A stretch of DNA of 63,889 bases, the filler included, from Reticulomyxa filosa (Eukaryota; Protista; Foraminifera), in the NCBI GenBank assembly GCA_000512085.1. It is 20 parts of 20 records of this genome, joined end to end, with 100 filler letters (N's around TTAATTAATTAA, not from the genome) between each part and the next. Parts side by side here need not be neighbours in the genome. Positions count along the whole stretch, not along the records: positions 38,068 to 42,647 come from ASPP01002281.1; positions 42,748 to 47,638 come from ASPP01029116.1; positions 47,739 to 49,768 come from ASPP01043547.1; positions 49,869 to 51,404 come from ASPP01049688.1; positions 51,505 to 58,848 come from ASPP01027885.1; 15 more parts are not named here. The stretch is one strand, 5' to 3'. The first letter of the stretch is position 1. Each line of letters begins with the position of its first letter. The position numbers were made by a program, and so were the translations under genes. The notes beneath the pieces were generated by a model. The model was not told the DNA's origin, made no database searches, and saw only the letters and a list, made by a program, of their open reading frames with translations. This document shows, in pieces, positions 40,121 to 54,415 of the stretch.

Positions 40121-42818
40121 TATCTAAAGTTTCCGTTGAAATGCATAAACATTGTAATAAATACAATTGCCTTATCATTATATCATCTTGATTTCACCTT
40201 ACAATACACGAGTGGATATCTGGATGATGGAGCATATTGGAAATTGGGTAAATGCAATGCCATCACTTCATTCAATGGTCTGTCAAGGATCCGTCTAATT
40301 ACAATCATAAGCATAGTCTTTGTCTTCGTCAAAATCAATCCAAGCAAATGATCCATGACTTAAATGAATCAACAAGTGATTTGTGACAAGTTTGGAGTTT
40401 CGATGAAAAAAATGGCTGTCAGTGTCTTGACACCCAATTCCTCTTTCGAAGCACAATACTATTGAACTATTTGTTTTAAATCTTAAAGTCATTGCAATTT
40501 AAAATCTCAATCATATATACATATATATTTTTTTTGTCAGTTTACCGAATACAATTTCTTTTGGCTCTAATACTTTTGGCTCCAAAATAGATCATTACCA
40601 TAATGATATCTAATGTTTACGAGTAATGATGTTTGTATTGCTGATATTGATACATTTTGTTTTCTGTGCTGATAATCACAATCTTGTTTGTGATTAAAAT
40701 GCCCCCTGTTCTGAACTTGACGATAATAAAAACTCAAATTGCGTTAATATGTATTAGAAGTTCTTTTATGAAAAGGTTTATAAATAACTGCATTTTCATT
40801 TTCTTCAGGTCTGTAGTTTTCATAACGTAGTCCACGACCTTGTCCTCTTTGGCTGTTAGGTTTTGACTTGGTAAAACCACAGACATTTCTTACTTCCCAA
40901 CTTGTTATTCTCAAGGTTTGTGGATGAATTGCCACTATTATTACAAAAGCAGAGTTTTTTTTTAGCATTGTGCTCCCTGTCGTTCAAAAATTTTTGGCAA
41001 ATCCCAGAGCTGAACGAAAATTTTGAATTAACAAAATCGTATGTCAATTTGTTAATTGTATTGTCAATACTTTCATCTGTAATGATTTTAATGCTATGTT
41101 TCCAATGATTGAATTTTCCATTGCGAAGAAAGCAATTGTTCTTTTTCAAATTGATTTTTTTTATAAAAAAGCTCAAATTTCAAGTATCATCAAAAAAAAA
41201 AAGCAAAATAAATTCCAATTACAATATCTATAATGACTAAGCTTTGTTTTTATTTGACATCCAAAGAGTGGAAGTGCAGACATAATAATTTATTTATACA
41301 TTTATGACAACAAGTTTACTGAGCTGATGATCAATTGAATTACAAAAAATGAATGCAGAAACAAGTGACGTCAGAATCAATCGCAAAGTATCATTGCTGT
41401 GATGTTTGTACTTGTGGAATCCTTATTATTGTTGATAAATGAAATGAATAATAAAATATAAAAATTCATTCAAACAAACTTTTTTTTCCTTTAATGAAGT
41501 TGTTCAAATGAAATCTAAATATAAACATTTATGTTTTTATCAATTTAAAATTAAGAAATGGAATAATCTTACAATCTCAGTATTGAGCCATATTAGAACC
41601 GAATTAACTAACCAAAACAGTTTCATTACTGAAAGTAAAGACAGCAGCATGTTGAAAAACGATTTTTGTGTATTTTCAGTAAGATTTGAGTTGACAAACA
41701 ATGTGTGAAAAATCGCACAGCCACAATTTGCACACACAATCAATACATTACAACTGTCATGTTCGAGCTTCTACAATTGAATAGAAAGAAGAAAGAAACT
41801 AGGAGTCAAAATCATTGATCAAACAACTAAGGACCAGTAAATATTACTTTACATAGACAAAGAGAAGATAATAATAAGAAAAAAGACAAAGCAATGTCTA
41901 GGAATTTTTGAGTCCATATACTTATTTGAATGTTGTACTCTTGTTAATCGCACCTGGCTTGCCTCTTCTTGTTTTAATCCAATACATATTTCAAATAACA
42001 AAATATTCGAAATGTTAAACAATAGTAATCGTATTTTTTTGTCCTTTTGCTTTTGATGTTCCTTTTTTTTCATTGCTTTGTATTATAAATTATTGTCTTT
42101 ATATCAACTTGGTCTTTATTGAAAAACGAGCGTGCAACATCTTCAAATCAATACACAATCTGATATATGTTGTCGTTCTATTGTGTGTTATTGTTCTTTA
42201 ATCTATAAATTGTTTCGGCCCTTTTAGCGTCATGCAATCTTACTTCATTAGGGAGTAATCCATAAGAAAATATTTTGATCCGTAAATCAACCACTTCATT
42301 AATTTTCATATTTTTGTAATTAAAGCTCACTTGGAGATGAAATATGTGCCGATAGGATCATAGCAATTAACATGTTTTGCATCATCTGTGCCAATATTTG
42401 CATATTGTTCTACGTATGTCAGCAATAATCTTGTGCTGGAAAAGAAATAAGATTTATGCATTTCTTCGGCTATTTTGTTTTGTATTGGTCAATGTGATAT
42501 CGGCAAATAAAGAGTATATATGACACACATTACTTAACATCAAATCCCAACACTTTGAAAAAAACGAATACTAGCATTAACCAGCAATTGATGTGAAGCA
42601 TTATCCACTATTTACAGTTGATATAAATAATTGAACATTGCTTTTTTNNNNNNNNNNNNNNNNNNNNNNNNNNNNNNNNNNNNNNNNNNNNTTAATTAAT
42701 TAANNNNNNNNNNNNNNNNNNNNNNNNNNNNNNNNNNNNNNNNNNNNCTCCTCCATGATAAATAGAATATGTTATATATATATTTTTTTTTTCACATATG
42801 CCTCAAAGCAAACTAAAC

Positions 42819-43271
42819 AGTATGAGTTTTTCCTGATCCTGTTTGACCGTATGCAAAAATGGTGGCGTTGTATCCTTCCAAAACGGCTTGTAGCATTGGC
42901 CTTCCAACCATGTTGAACACTTTTTTTTGGTCTGCTGTTGAATCAAATATGTGGTCTATTGAACATGTAAATGGTTGGTTTGGAGCCTCATCTCGGTACA
43001 ATTTTACTTCTTGTTGACTCATAAATTGAGGTGGGACATCTTTTAAATTCTTTCATTTGATAATTGTAGAGCGCGTGTGTTTTTTTTTTTCGTTAATGAG
43101 ATTGACATCACCCTTCCTGGAAAATGAATCAGCTTTAAAAAAAAAAAAAAAAAAGCAACAGTCAACCTGCAGTCTTTCTTCTCTTTTCTCAGTTTCATTA
43201 ATTGGACGAAATCGTGCAATGACACGGATATTGTCCACTGTGCGGAAATCATAGTCGTCATCTTCCGCCAT
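42819..43271 (-). CDS. Kinesin motor protein, 5' end (kinesin-1-like N-terminal motor)
   Basis: [45 protein letters not shown] (P-loop). Intron ~43166-43051. Confidence 0.92.
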
Positions 43272-43538
43272 TACCGGATTACAGTGAGTGTTCACTAGTT
43301 CTGTGATGCCCCTCTCTTGAACTTCTACTCCTGTTTTTTGGGTCTAAGCGTTGATTTGGTCATAGCATAAGTCTTAAGAGCCTCTGGCACAGAATATTTC
43401 AATTTAGAAATCGATACCCATTTTCTATGCCAAGTATGTATAAGCGTTTTTGGGCAAATTTAAATTAACTTTTAAATAACGCAAAATGTTTCGTACTTGT
43501 GGTTCCGAAGCAATTTCGAAAAAAAATAAATAAAAAAA

Positions 43539-44217
<679 letters not shown>

Positions 44218-44429
44218 TGCGCTTGCAAAAAAAAAAGAAATATTTCTTCAAAGATCTCCTAAAAACAGCAACAATAAAACCAATATTGCAACGGACTCTG
44301 GTGAAGTCGCAAACTTTCAAAAAACGAATAAACAAAATTAAAATAAATTATTTATTTTTCTGATATATCAAATTATATTATTCCTATTAGAATATTCTTC
44401 CAATTTTTGTATTTTTACTCCAATTTCAT

Positions 44430-44580
44430 AAAGCGATCAGGAGAAAATCTTGCTTTCATTACATCATATTGATGTTCTTGCAAATAGTGTGTTAATTTAC
44501 CTGATTTAATATCCCAAATTTGATTAGAATTATGTGATGCCGCAACTTGTTGATTATCTGGAGAAAATTCTACTCTCCTT
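44430..44580 (-). pseudogene. WD40 repeat remnant
   Basis: VEFSPDNQQVAASHNSNQIWDIKSGKLTHYLQEHQYDVMKARFSPD, with no start or flanking exons. Confidence 0.6.
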
Positions 44581-44752
44581 TATCTCGGAAAAAGTGCCTC
44601 ACTAAGTCTAAGAAGATTAAACCACAAATGTGTAGCAAAACAAAAGTATTAGTGGTGTTTTTTTCCTAATTTGGAGTAGCTTTTTGGTAAGGGTTTGAGG
44701 GGGGAAAAAAAAAGGGTGCATCAAATTCCAATACTTTTAAAAAGAGAAAAGA

Positions 44753-45631
44753 ATGACAACTCTAGGAGAAAATATAACTGTGACGATAAAACAGTTAGAT
44801 GGAACAATATTTACTGTCCAATTACCTCCAACTGGGACAGTGGGAGATTTGAAGCGAACGATTGAACAAGAGCGTAACATATCACCCGAACGGCAAAGAC
44901 TGATCTTCAAAGCACAAGAGCTGAGAACTGACGGAAGTGCATTGTCAGAATATGGGGTCGTGGACCAGTCGACACTACACATAGTCATTCGTCCATTAGG
45001 AAGTGTATCAGCCAACAACAACGATGAAAATCAAAACAGAGATGCTGTAATTAACATGCCACAGTTATAATTTTTTTTTTTTTTTTTTTAAAACAACACA
45101 ATCCAAAAAAACTCTTTCCTCATCCCCTTTTTTTTTTTTTTTAAATTACTCATCGAATGAAATAGAAACAACGCAGGAAGAGTGTTCAATCAAAACCCGT
45201 ATGCGTACAATCAGGTAGGGAATGACGAAGCAGTGTACGATGTGGATGTGTTACAAATGGTGCGACGGTGCCGTTTTGTGAGAATATTTACGATAATAGA
45301 TTTCATATTTTTGTTGTTATTTGGCTTGACATTGTCTTTTTTATTTTTGATTATGGCCGTGTTGGCACTGGCTGGCTACTATGGTGCAAAGACGTTGAAC
45401 CGCTCGTATTTGGCCGCTTATATGTTGTGCTTAGTGCTTGAAATTGCCATGCGCTGCTTGTTCATTTATTTGGAAAGGTCCAACGCCGTTTCCGTTGTTC
45501 TATTCGTCTTAATGATTTTCATTGATCTGTTCGTTCTACGCTGTGTTCTTCAATTATATAAAGTTATCCCTCGACTTGACGTACAACAACGAAGTCATGT
45601 CGTCATTTTGAATCGAACTGGATTTCTTTGA
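44753..45631 (+). CDS. Ubiquitin-like domain plus 4-TM membrane protein (2 exons)
   Basis: ITVTIKQLDG..TVGDLKRTI..ISPERQRLIFKAQEL..LSEYGVVDQSTLHIVIR (UBL, no di-Gly). Intron 45064-45165. Four hydrophobic helices. Confidence 0.85.
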
Positions 45632-48600
45632 GCGATTGATCAAACTTACCAAAATATCAAACAAGTCCAACAAAAAAAAAAAATTTTGTTTGATTGCATT
45701 TGGATTGGACAGACACACAATTGTCACTACCTCTCTACCTTTTTCCTCAACTTGATTGTTTTTTTAAATGTTTGTCACATTTTTTTGGTCGTTTGTTAAA
45801 CTTTTCTATTTGTGTGTCGCCTTTGTTCTTTTTTTTTTTAATTACCACTTATTCAACAAAAAAGTTTTTTTTTGAGTCAGTTCTCAACGACGATAACTAA
45901 ACCTCTTTTTTACGTTCACTGCTCTACCTTTGGTTATCTTAACGTTGAGCAAAAAGTTGGGATTATTATTACTTTTTTTACTCTGCTTTTTGATTAAATG
46001 TCAAAAAGCATTTTTAATTTTTTATCCAAGTTTCTATCTTTTGGAGTAAGAAGCGCCATTCGCGATACAATCCACAAACAGGCTCATTTCCTCGCGCGTC
46101 TATCAAACTTTCCATAACCTTGCATATCCAATCAACAAATCTATGCCCTTTTTTATTTTGTGAAGTGTTAATAGTGTCCTTGTGTCAATTGACTATGCAG
46201 ATATCAAATTTTGGTGTTTCATTAAGTAAACTAGTTTCACAAATTCAGTTTTCTCAAACTAGTAAAAAAGGATAGAAACTATCTATGTTACAGTTAGAAA
46301 AAATGATCAGTCATCAAAAAAAAGCAATGCAATTCAAAATTTTTTTAAAGATAACGTGTTTTCTGCTATGCGAAATTGTTCAATTTGCGTTATTTTAATT
46401 ACTTTTATTGTTAAAAGTTTTAACATTACTTGGTAGATGAAATGTGTTTTGTTAGAAACAGGTAAATCGTATCAACACCATAAAGGAAAAACATCCAAAA
46501 AAATATGAATTGTATCAATTTAAAAAATAACATAGCTTAAAATCATAAGTGACAACAAGAATGAAAAATTGATATATGCCTATTGTGTTCACGCTGTCAT
46601 AAAAGACAATCAAAAACTAATACTGCAATTCCGTCGTGAAACATTGAAATATTATAAAGTAACTTACATTTTTTTTTTTTTTGCAAACTACCGTGTTAGG
46701 TTTGCGTTGTAATGCACGCCAAAGAGGATAAAAGACGTAATAAAGGCAAATTAGAACAATCGTTGGTAAAAATTGTCAAAATACAAAGCAAACTTAACTT
46801 AAAATCTTCAAAGCAACGTGTAATAAACATTTAAAGATCAAATTTTTGAAAAATTTCGAAGATAAAATTACGCGATAATATATTTCTTTGAAAAATTTTC
46901 ATTAACTGTTATTTTTAATAAAAAGTCAATCATCTTTATAATGTGACATTTTATTTGTAAACTTTTTTTGCGTTTTCTTGTATTACAAAGAAATTTATAT
47001 TTAGCAGCAATGCAATTTTGAAAAGTTACAATTTACAACAAAAGCACAAATAATACAATGATCGACATAAAATAATGTTTTGTATAATATTTTTTTTGGT
47101 TTCAGTTGAGGTTGTACATTTGAAAATTCATTGTATTGTATTTTTGCTTGTGTTGTTGTACTTGATTGTTTTGATTACTTTTTCGGGTACTGTGGCCCAT
47201 TTATACGAAGTGATTCATTTCCTTCTTTTTTTTAACCAATTCGAATAGACGCCCACTAGCCAAAAAAAATCTTAAATAAAACGATCCAATGTTCAATTGT
47301 TTTTTTATGTAATTTTCTTTTACTATAGAATTTTAACAGAAGTAAAAGAGCAAATTTTTAAAAATTTTAAACTAAATGCTAGTAAATGTTTTCATTTTGT
47401 GTGTTGCATTTGTAGTGATGCCCAAGTCTATGTACGGACGATGTGCATATAGTCTTTTATTAATTCTCATTTAGAATTTTTTTCCACTATCCAAGAACAA
47501 CTTGCATTTGAGATAATTATGCATGAAGTTGTTGAGAGAACAGTGGAGAACAAACATAAAAAAAGTTAACTGAAATACAACACAGAAAGCAACAAGTGAG
47601 TCGCATAACCAAAAAAAAAAAAAAAAAAAAAAAAAAAANNNNNNNNNNNNNNNNNNNNNNNNNNNNNNNNNNNNNNNNNNNNTTAATTAATTAANNNNNN
47701 NNNNNNNNNNNNNNNNNNNNNNNNNNNNNNNNNNNNNNGGGGGGGGGGATGGATCACCAAAGATCAAAATCACAAATACATATACAGGGCGATTATCGAT
47801 ATTTGACCAAATGCTGTACATTGATGAGTTGAGCGCATCGAACGAAGATATTGCATGCCAATCTGTTGTGGGATTGAAAGCAGATAACATATCATTATCA
47901 TTTGCGTTTGGTTTCATCCACAATAATTCGTACTATTTGGTGAACATGCATTGTGTTGATCATCTTCGTCCACATTATGTCCTTCTATCAATGCATTTAC
48001 ACTCCTTATACCAATCGTCACCACTTATCATATTTATTGGCATAATTCATAGGCCAGCAATAACATTCGTCGGCTTAAGTTACTATTTTTTTTTTCTTCT
48101 TCTTCTCAATCTACTTCTCCATCTTTTTCTTACTTCCACTACAAACCTGGAGTACATCATTTTACAATGAAAAAGTCCACGCTAAAATTGTTTTGATTAA
48201 GACATTATTACAACAGCTGAAAATATTATATAAATAATATATACCTTCAAATAGAGCACGTTACATTTGTCATCTATTGTGGTCACTCGTGGAATGGTTA
48301 TCTTTTAAGGTCAGCAGTGTAATTGTTGACATATGCCAATAGAGAAATATGCAAAGCCATTCCAAAATTGTCGAGCGCGATCCGAATATTTGTATTGTTT
48401 GGACGTTATGAAATGCCCATGTAATCGAACATATTTCCAGACTTGACAACGGCGGCATTCATAAATTGGAAGATGTGTTCACAAATTGACTAGTCATGCC
48501 CGCGGTGTTTGATTGTTCTCCAACTACGATTTGAAGAGAAGACAATTTGCGCACACTATAATCGGAGGGCGGAGGGTCATGTGGCTAATAAACGGTGACA

Positions 48601-50819
48601 ATATCATCTGCCACTGAGAAAAGGCGCCCAATGCATCTAATTCGGCCAAACATTATCAGCAACGGAATACGTACTATATGCCAACCACGCTATGAATAAA
48701 TTGTTAATAATATCTAACTTCTTCGCTGGGATATCATTTTCTGTTTCAAATCTATACACACACAGTCACATATTAATTGGAGATTATTGGAAAAAAAAAA
48801 GAAAGTTAACTATTTGGTTACAATTCACTTCAACTTGTTTGTCTTCACATTACGCCAGTGTTCTTTTTGATAATGATATTGAAAACATAGGACTTGGGGC
48901 TGCATGATTCGGTGTGGTATCTTGAAGGCGAAGTTCAATTCTTAACCATGCAAATATCGATTATGTGGAGCGCTTCTTCGAGTTACAATACCACCTTTGT
49001 TCAACAAGACTATTCTGGTACACTTTTATCAATGGAGCTGGATGGTACGACTATTGTCATTAGTGAATGTGTTTTTTTTTTTTAGCAGACATCGATTTCA
49101 GGAATAGCTTGTATGTCTAATATCGAGCTCTGGACGCTTTCTGAAGCATATTATTGTTAATTTGAAATGCGAGCATATGGGATTCATATATGTCAATTGA
49201 AATATCATCCAAACGACTTATAAATATTTATTCATATGTTCAAGGCGCTGCTGCCAATAAATAAAGTGGAAGAATGATACAGCAGCTGGATTGAATATAA
49301 TAATGAAAAATGTGCGTTGTTGGAGTCTGGTGCAATGCTTGCTTCTTGCCAATAATCCACTTTATATCTTCGCCATATCTCTTCAAGTTCGCATTTGATT
49401 ACGCAAGTGATCGAGTCCAACTCCAATTCTATAATGTTATAAGTATGTTATTAAATTTTTTTTAATTAATAAACAAAAAAAAAATACTTAACTATTGTTG
49501 TTGTCCTCGCACGAGACAGCCATTTTTCAATAAAAAAAATTTAAAATAAAATTACAAACATTATCTTTTTTTTCTTTTTTCTTTTTCTACTTTCTTTTTT
49601 TTTTTCATTTCATTTTTATTTCTTTTTTTTTTTCCATATTTTCTTTTTTTCTTTCTTTTTTCTATTTCTTTTTCTTTTTTTTCATTTTATTTTTCTTTTT
49701 TATTATCATCTTTTTTTTCCCCCATTCTTCATTTCCCTTTTTTTTAATTTATTATTCTATTTTTTTTTNNNNNNNNNNNNNNNNNNNNNNNNNNNNNNNN
49801 NNNNNNNNNNNNTTAATTAATTAANNNNNNNNNNNNNNNNNNNNNNNNNNNNNNNNNNNNNNNNNNNNTTTTTTTTTCAAACTATACGTAATTCAAAGCG
49901 CAACACCATGACTCATATTCAATGGATGCAGTCACTAAATCGAAATTTGTTCAATAATGAACAAATTGGAAAAATGACAGGTGCGCAGGTTGTAATGTGG
50001 CTTCATGATTTGATAAATTAGATTTCAATAAGCAACAATTTGACTACGACGCTGACACTTTGTGTACTTTCATGTATGCAACAATCGATACTTGCTGATA
50101 ATGTTGAAGTTGCTATCACGTTACCATTATTGCTGGGAACTCACTGCAGCACCAATGGTAATGTAAACAGCGACAGCTTTTCCATTTTCATCTGTACACT
50201 TGTAAATATCTATAAAAAATTTCAAGCAACACACATAAATTTATAATTAATATACGTATAAAGATTTTATGTTGAATATGTATTATAAAAAAATACTTTT
50301 TCAGGCAATGAATTCATCAATATTATAATGTCAGGTAACAGGAAAGAGGAACAGGGTAATTACAGCAAATCCTTGTGAATGTGATACATTGAATTTTTGC
50401 TGTTTGAGTGCGCGCTTCGCTTTCAATGACAATACTGTAAATCAAAGTTGGAGTTTGCTTTCCATTGGCATTTGTCTTTGCCTTCATATTGTGATCAGCA
50501 TATTGATCTTTTTGAAACATATTGGATTTGCATCTTCAATGTCGATTTCTCAAAGATCAATTGTTCGTCCCACCTGACGATACCAAGCTCCAAGGTCGTA
50601 GATATTCTCTTTGTGCTTGTCATCGACAATTGTAGTTTTGATGTGCATTCTAAATTACAAGTTGACTTTCCTCAAGTATTGGAAAAACCAACATTATTTG
50701 GTGAATTTGCCCCAACAATTCAGACGCCTTTGTAAGTTCCAGGAAAGCGTCGCAACTTCAAAACTTGTCCTCACATCTTCACATTCTGGACATTGTCGTT
50801 CCAAATATTGGCGGGTCGG

Positions 50820-51380
50820 ATAACCGTTGTAGCAACGCTTTGCTTCTTTTTCAAATGGTCGACATATAAAATACGTATCCTTTGTGCGCGCTATCGTGCT
50901 TGCCCAATCCATGGTGTAACTACTCACTTGTCTGCTCGTCTGTCGTGAAATGCATGACACCGATGAAACGGATCGCGGCCAACATACCATTGGTTATTTC
51001 CACAGTTTTACCCAATTCAAGGGCATTGTCGTCATTTTCTTCGATTATACTCATTTTGAGACTCTTTCGGATTGCGCTATTGTCTTGATCGAGCTCAGGC
51101 AGCAAATTGGTGGCAATGTTGGAGCGTTAGTGAGTTATGCTATGTCAGTGCTTCAAATTGAAGCACATTGTTCCTCCACATGGGCGTTTACTGTCTCTTC
51201 GATACACGTCGACATCGATGATATATATTTCTACTTAGTCAATACCTTTGATGTATTTTACGAACACATGACGCCTAAGACTTAAGTTCGATCTGTTTCC
51301 AAAAAATACAGTACTGGAACGTCGTCTTTGTCGTTTGCTGTTTTGATTCCATATTTGCGCACAAGTATACCGCCGTCAGG
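50820..51380 (-). pseudogene. Decayed CAP-Gly domain gene
   Basis: LELGKTVEITNGMLAAIRFIGVMHF...*LHHGLGKHDSAHKG resembles CAP-Gly (G.VRF.G...GKNDG). In-frame stops are present. Confidence 0.5.
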
Positions 51381-51942
51381 TCTTTTCTTTTTTTAAAAAA
51401 AAAANNNNNNNNNNNNNNNNNNNNNNNNNNNNNNNNNNNNNNNNNNNNTTAATTAATTAANNNNNNNNNNNNNNNNNNNNNNNNNNNNNNNNNNNNNNNN
51501 NNNNCAGAAAAGTCTGGTCCGGTGAGTAAGGAACTTTCCCTGCGAAAAGAAGTTTACGACTACGAATTCCTACTCTACAGCTGTGTTGAAAAAGGTATGC
51601 TACAATTCTGTAGTGATGTGTTGACACGACGAGATTGTCATAATATTAAGTGACTTATCAGCATGCAGTAGAATATAGCAACTCAGATTTATGAATACCA
51701 TCAATGTGACAACAATGCTGCCTTTCTTTTTTCATTTTTTTTTAAAGAAATAATATAATTTATTGCAGATAAAGTTAAATTAATCATTTTCTTTTATTAT
51801 TTTAATTGAAGACAAAAAGAATCAATTTGTGTAATGATTATGTATTAAATGGACATTGTTTAATTTTTCTTTTGTGAAAACAACTTTTATGAAACTATAC
51901 AAAGAAAGTCAAAATAATGAATTTGAAAAAAATCAAATTATT

Positions 51943-53405
51943 TTACAAAAAAAAAGTATCAAACGCACTCCATATTTGTTGAGCCCTTTCTAATTCAATT
52001 TCTGAATATGTTTTATAAAGTGAAGAAAAAGTATACGGACCAACTCCTCGAATATTAACAGACTTTGCATACTCGTACTTTTTTGCCAAAGATGCAGCAT
52101 TGTCAAACCACACTTGAAATACTTGGACTGTGGCTTCATTGCCTGAAATGGAGTCAAACATATAATTAAAAAAAGGACTTTGAGTATTAGCATCCAATCG
52201 AATTTCAGTATTATTTAATTTTTTATCAATGAGTAACATCAGGTCTGCGTAATCGTTTTCATTACCTGCTGCGTCGCTACAGTTGTAACCGCGAAATGGA
52301 ACAAAAGGGATTGGACAGTATTTGCTAACCAAAGATTCCATTTGTGACATTTCACAAGAGTAGTTGTATCCATAAAAAGGGACTCCAAGAATTAGTTTGC
52401 TTTGATCAATCCCAATCTCCAAATATCCATCCAAACCTCGCTTTGCCGTATAATAAGGAGAATTGGCCCCAGCAATACATGTATCTAATACTTGCGAGCG
52501 GGTGTCATAATCCATTACATACAACAAATCCGACGCTTGTCCTAGTGATACGTAATCATATTCTCTTCCATCAATATTATAGGGACTCCATGCTACACAT
52601 ACGCTTATCTGCAAATGCATAAACACAATCCAATATCTTTCACACGAATATAGAAACCATCCAACAAACAAGTAAGTCAAAAAAAATGTAAAATATTTCT
52701 AAAAACCTGGGAGTAGGGATTCTTGGAATGAAAGTATAGAGTGGTTTGATTAATGACATGAGTATACCAATAATACATGAATGCACTTGTATTCATCGGA
52801 CTTTCGTAATCAAATGACAAGCCGTCAAAAGTAATTGGATGATGTCAGCTCATATATCGATTCAATCCATTCTTGCAACGCTGTTTCATTTCCATCCGTT
52901 GGACATTTCCATAATTTCATATCCAAACATCACACGCCTTTGTTTTCGAATATAAACGCTTCATTAAAAAATATGATCATTAACACATATGTTGAGGCTC
53001 TATCCAATAGACAATCCTTGCTTTATGTTGATGAGCTTGGCACACATACCATGCAATATCCGGATTCTCAATTTCAGATGTTGCAATGGTGGTGATGTAA
53101 GTCCAGTTCAACTCTTGCCATATGTTATGACTCAGTGGACCACTGAAACCAAACAACTCCAAGGAATTGTTTTTGGTAATTGGAACGCACCACTCGCTGT
53201 TTTCGCATGGACAATCGGCATCCACTTTTCCATTCGCGATCGGTTTATTGGGTGACAATACATTTAATCCATTGCTTAACCACGCTGACAAGAGCAACAC
53301 AATACTTATCTAGTTTCGTTGTTTGTTACGTGTATTTCATTATCGTTTCACTCAAAACGTTTGAGTGATATTGTTTTCTTTTTTACTTACTTGGATGAAA
53401 GTCAT
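51943..53405 (-). CDS. CTBS: GH18 di-N-acetylchitobiase-like glycoside hydrolase (4 exons, two frame lesions)
   Basis: Signal peptide, DCPCENSEWCVPI, AHQHKARIV, DGLSFDYE (GH18 motif), VAWSP.NIDGR.YDY, YVMDYD, KLILGVPFYGY.Y.C, FRGYNCSDAAG, QVWFDN..SL..KY. Confidence 0.85.
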
Positions 53406-53809
53406 GATAACTTCTCTCTGTTTACTGACAATCTTGTTTTGGAATGATGATCAAGGGAGATGAAAATGTTCTTTTTCTTGTCAAGTACGTTCAGCAAGTG
53501 AGAGCTGTATCGTTTAGTGTGTTGGGCTTTTTTTACACAATTCTCGAAAAAGAAAAATCAATTAAAATGCTTTTTGACAGACAGAAGTTGTTTGTTTTCA
53601 TAAATTTCTTCGAAATATTTTTTGTTTTCTTCACATTTGAAAATCTAAAATTTAATAAAAACGCTTCCAAAAAAATAAAATCCTTTTTTGAATGAAGTGT
53701 TGGTTGTTTACAACAAAAAAGGGGCAGTGCGGAGAAAGATTACAACATTACCAAACAAGCGTAACATTTACTTTTATAGAATACACGTCCGTTTAATATT
53801 ATTGCAGAA

Positions 53810-54097
53810 ATGGAAGGCGAGCCCTTGCCTTATCAGAACGTGGATTTGGCGAAACGTTACTTTATTGGTGGATTTTTTGGGTTACCATTTCTCTGGTTAG
53901 TAAATTATTGTTATTTTAAAGACGTTATAAAAGAAAAATATGTCAATCGCTCCATTAAATTGTATGCTCGATTATCACTTTTGTTATTCATCTTATCTAT
54001 TTGTGCACTACTTGCTTGGATGATTTCATTTTGGATACTTCAGAATGACTCTTGGAGTAGTCTATTTTTCACCGAACGCAGAAAACAAACTTTATAA
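53810..54097 (+). CDS. PSENEN: Gamma-secretase subunit PEN-2
   Basis: [24 protein letters not shown]...IKLYARLS...W (cf. [24 protein letters not shown]). Confidence 0.85.
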   Translation: [95 protein letters not shown]

Positions 54098-54415
54098 CAA
54101 GTCTGTTGTTTCAAATGTCCCGCAATATAACATTGTTTCTTTTTGAATGATATGTTAAAATATGCTTGACTGCATCAAACAAATTGCACCAATTTCATCA
54201 TTCTGTTGTGCATGTTTTCGTTGGTCTCAGCTTGCAACAAAAATACTTTGAATCTTCAATCTTTTTGACGACAACATGTTTCATATGAAATTAATTTTTT
54301 CCATAAATAAGAAGGATACTTATAGGGATATAAAGTTTATAAGTGCTTCAAATTTCAAATTATTGTGAACTGTACTCCCTTCCAAATAAAAGTTCGTTCT
54401 TGATCATCCCTTCGA

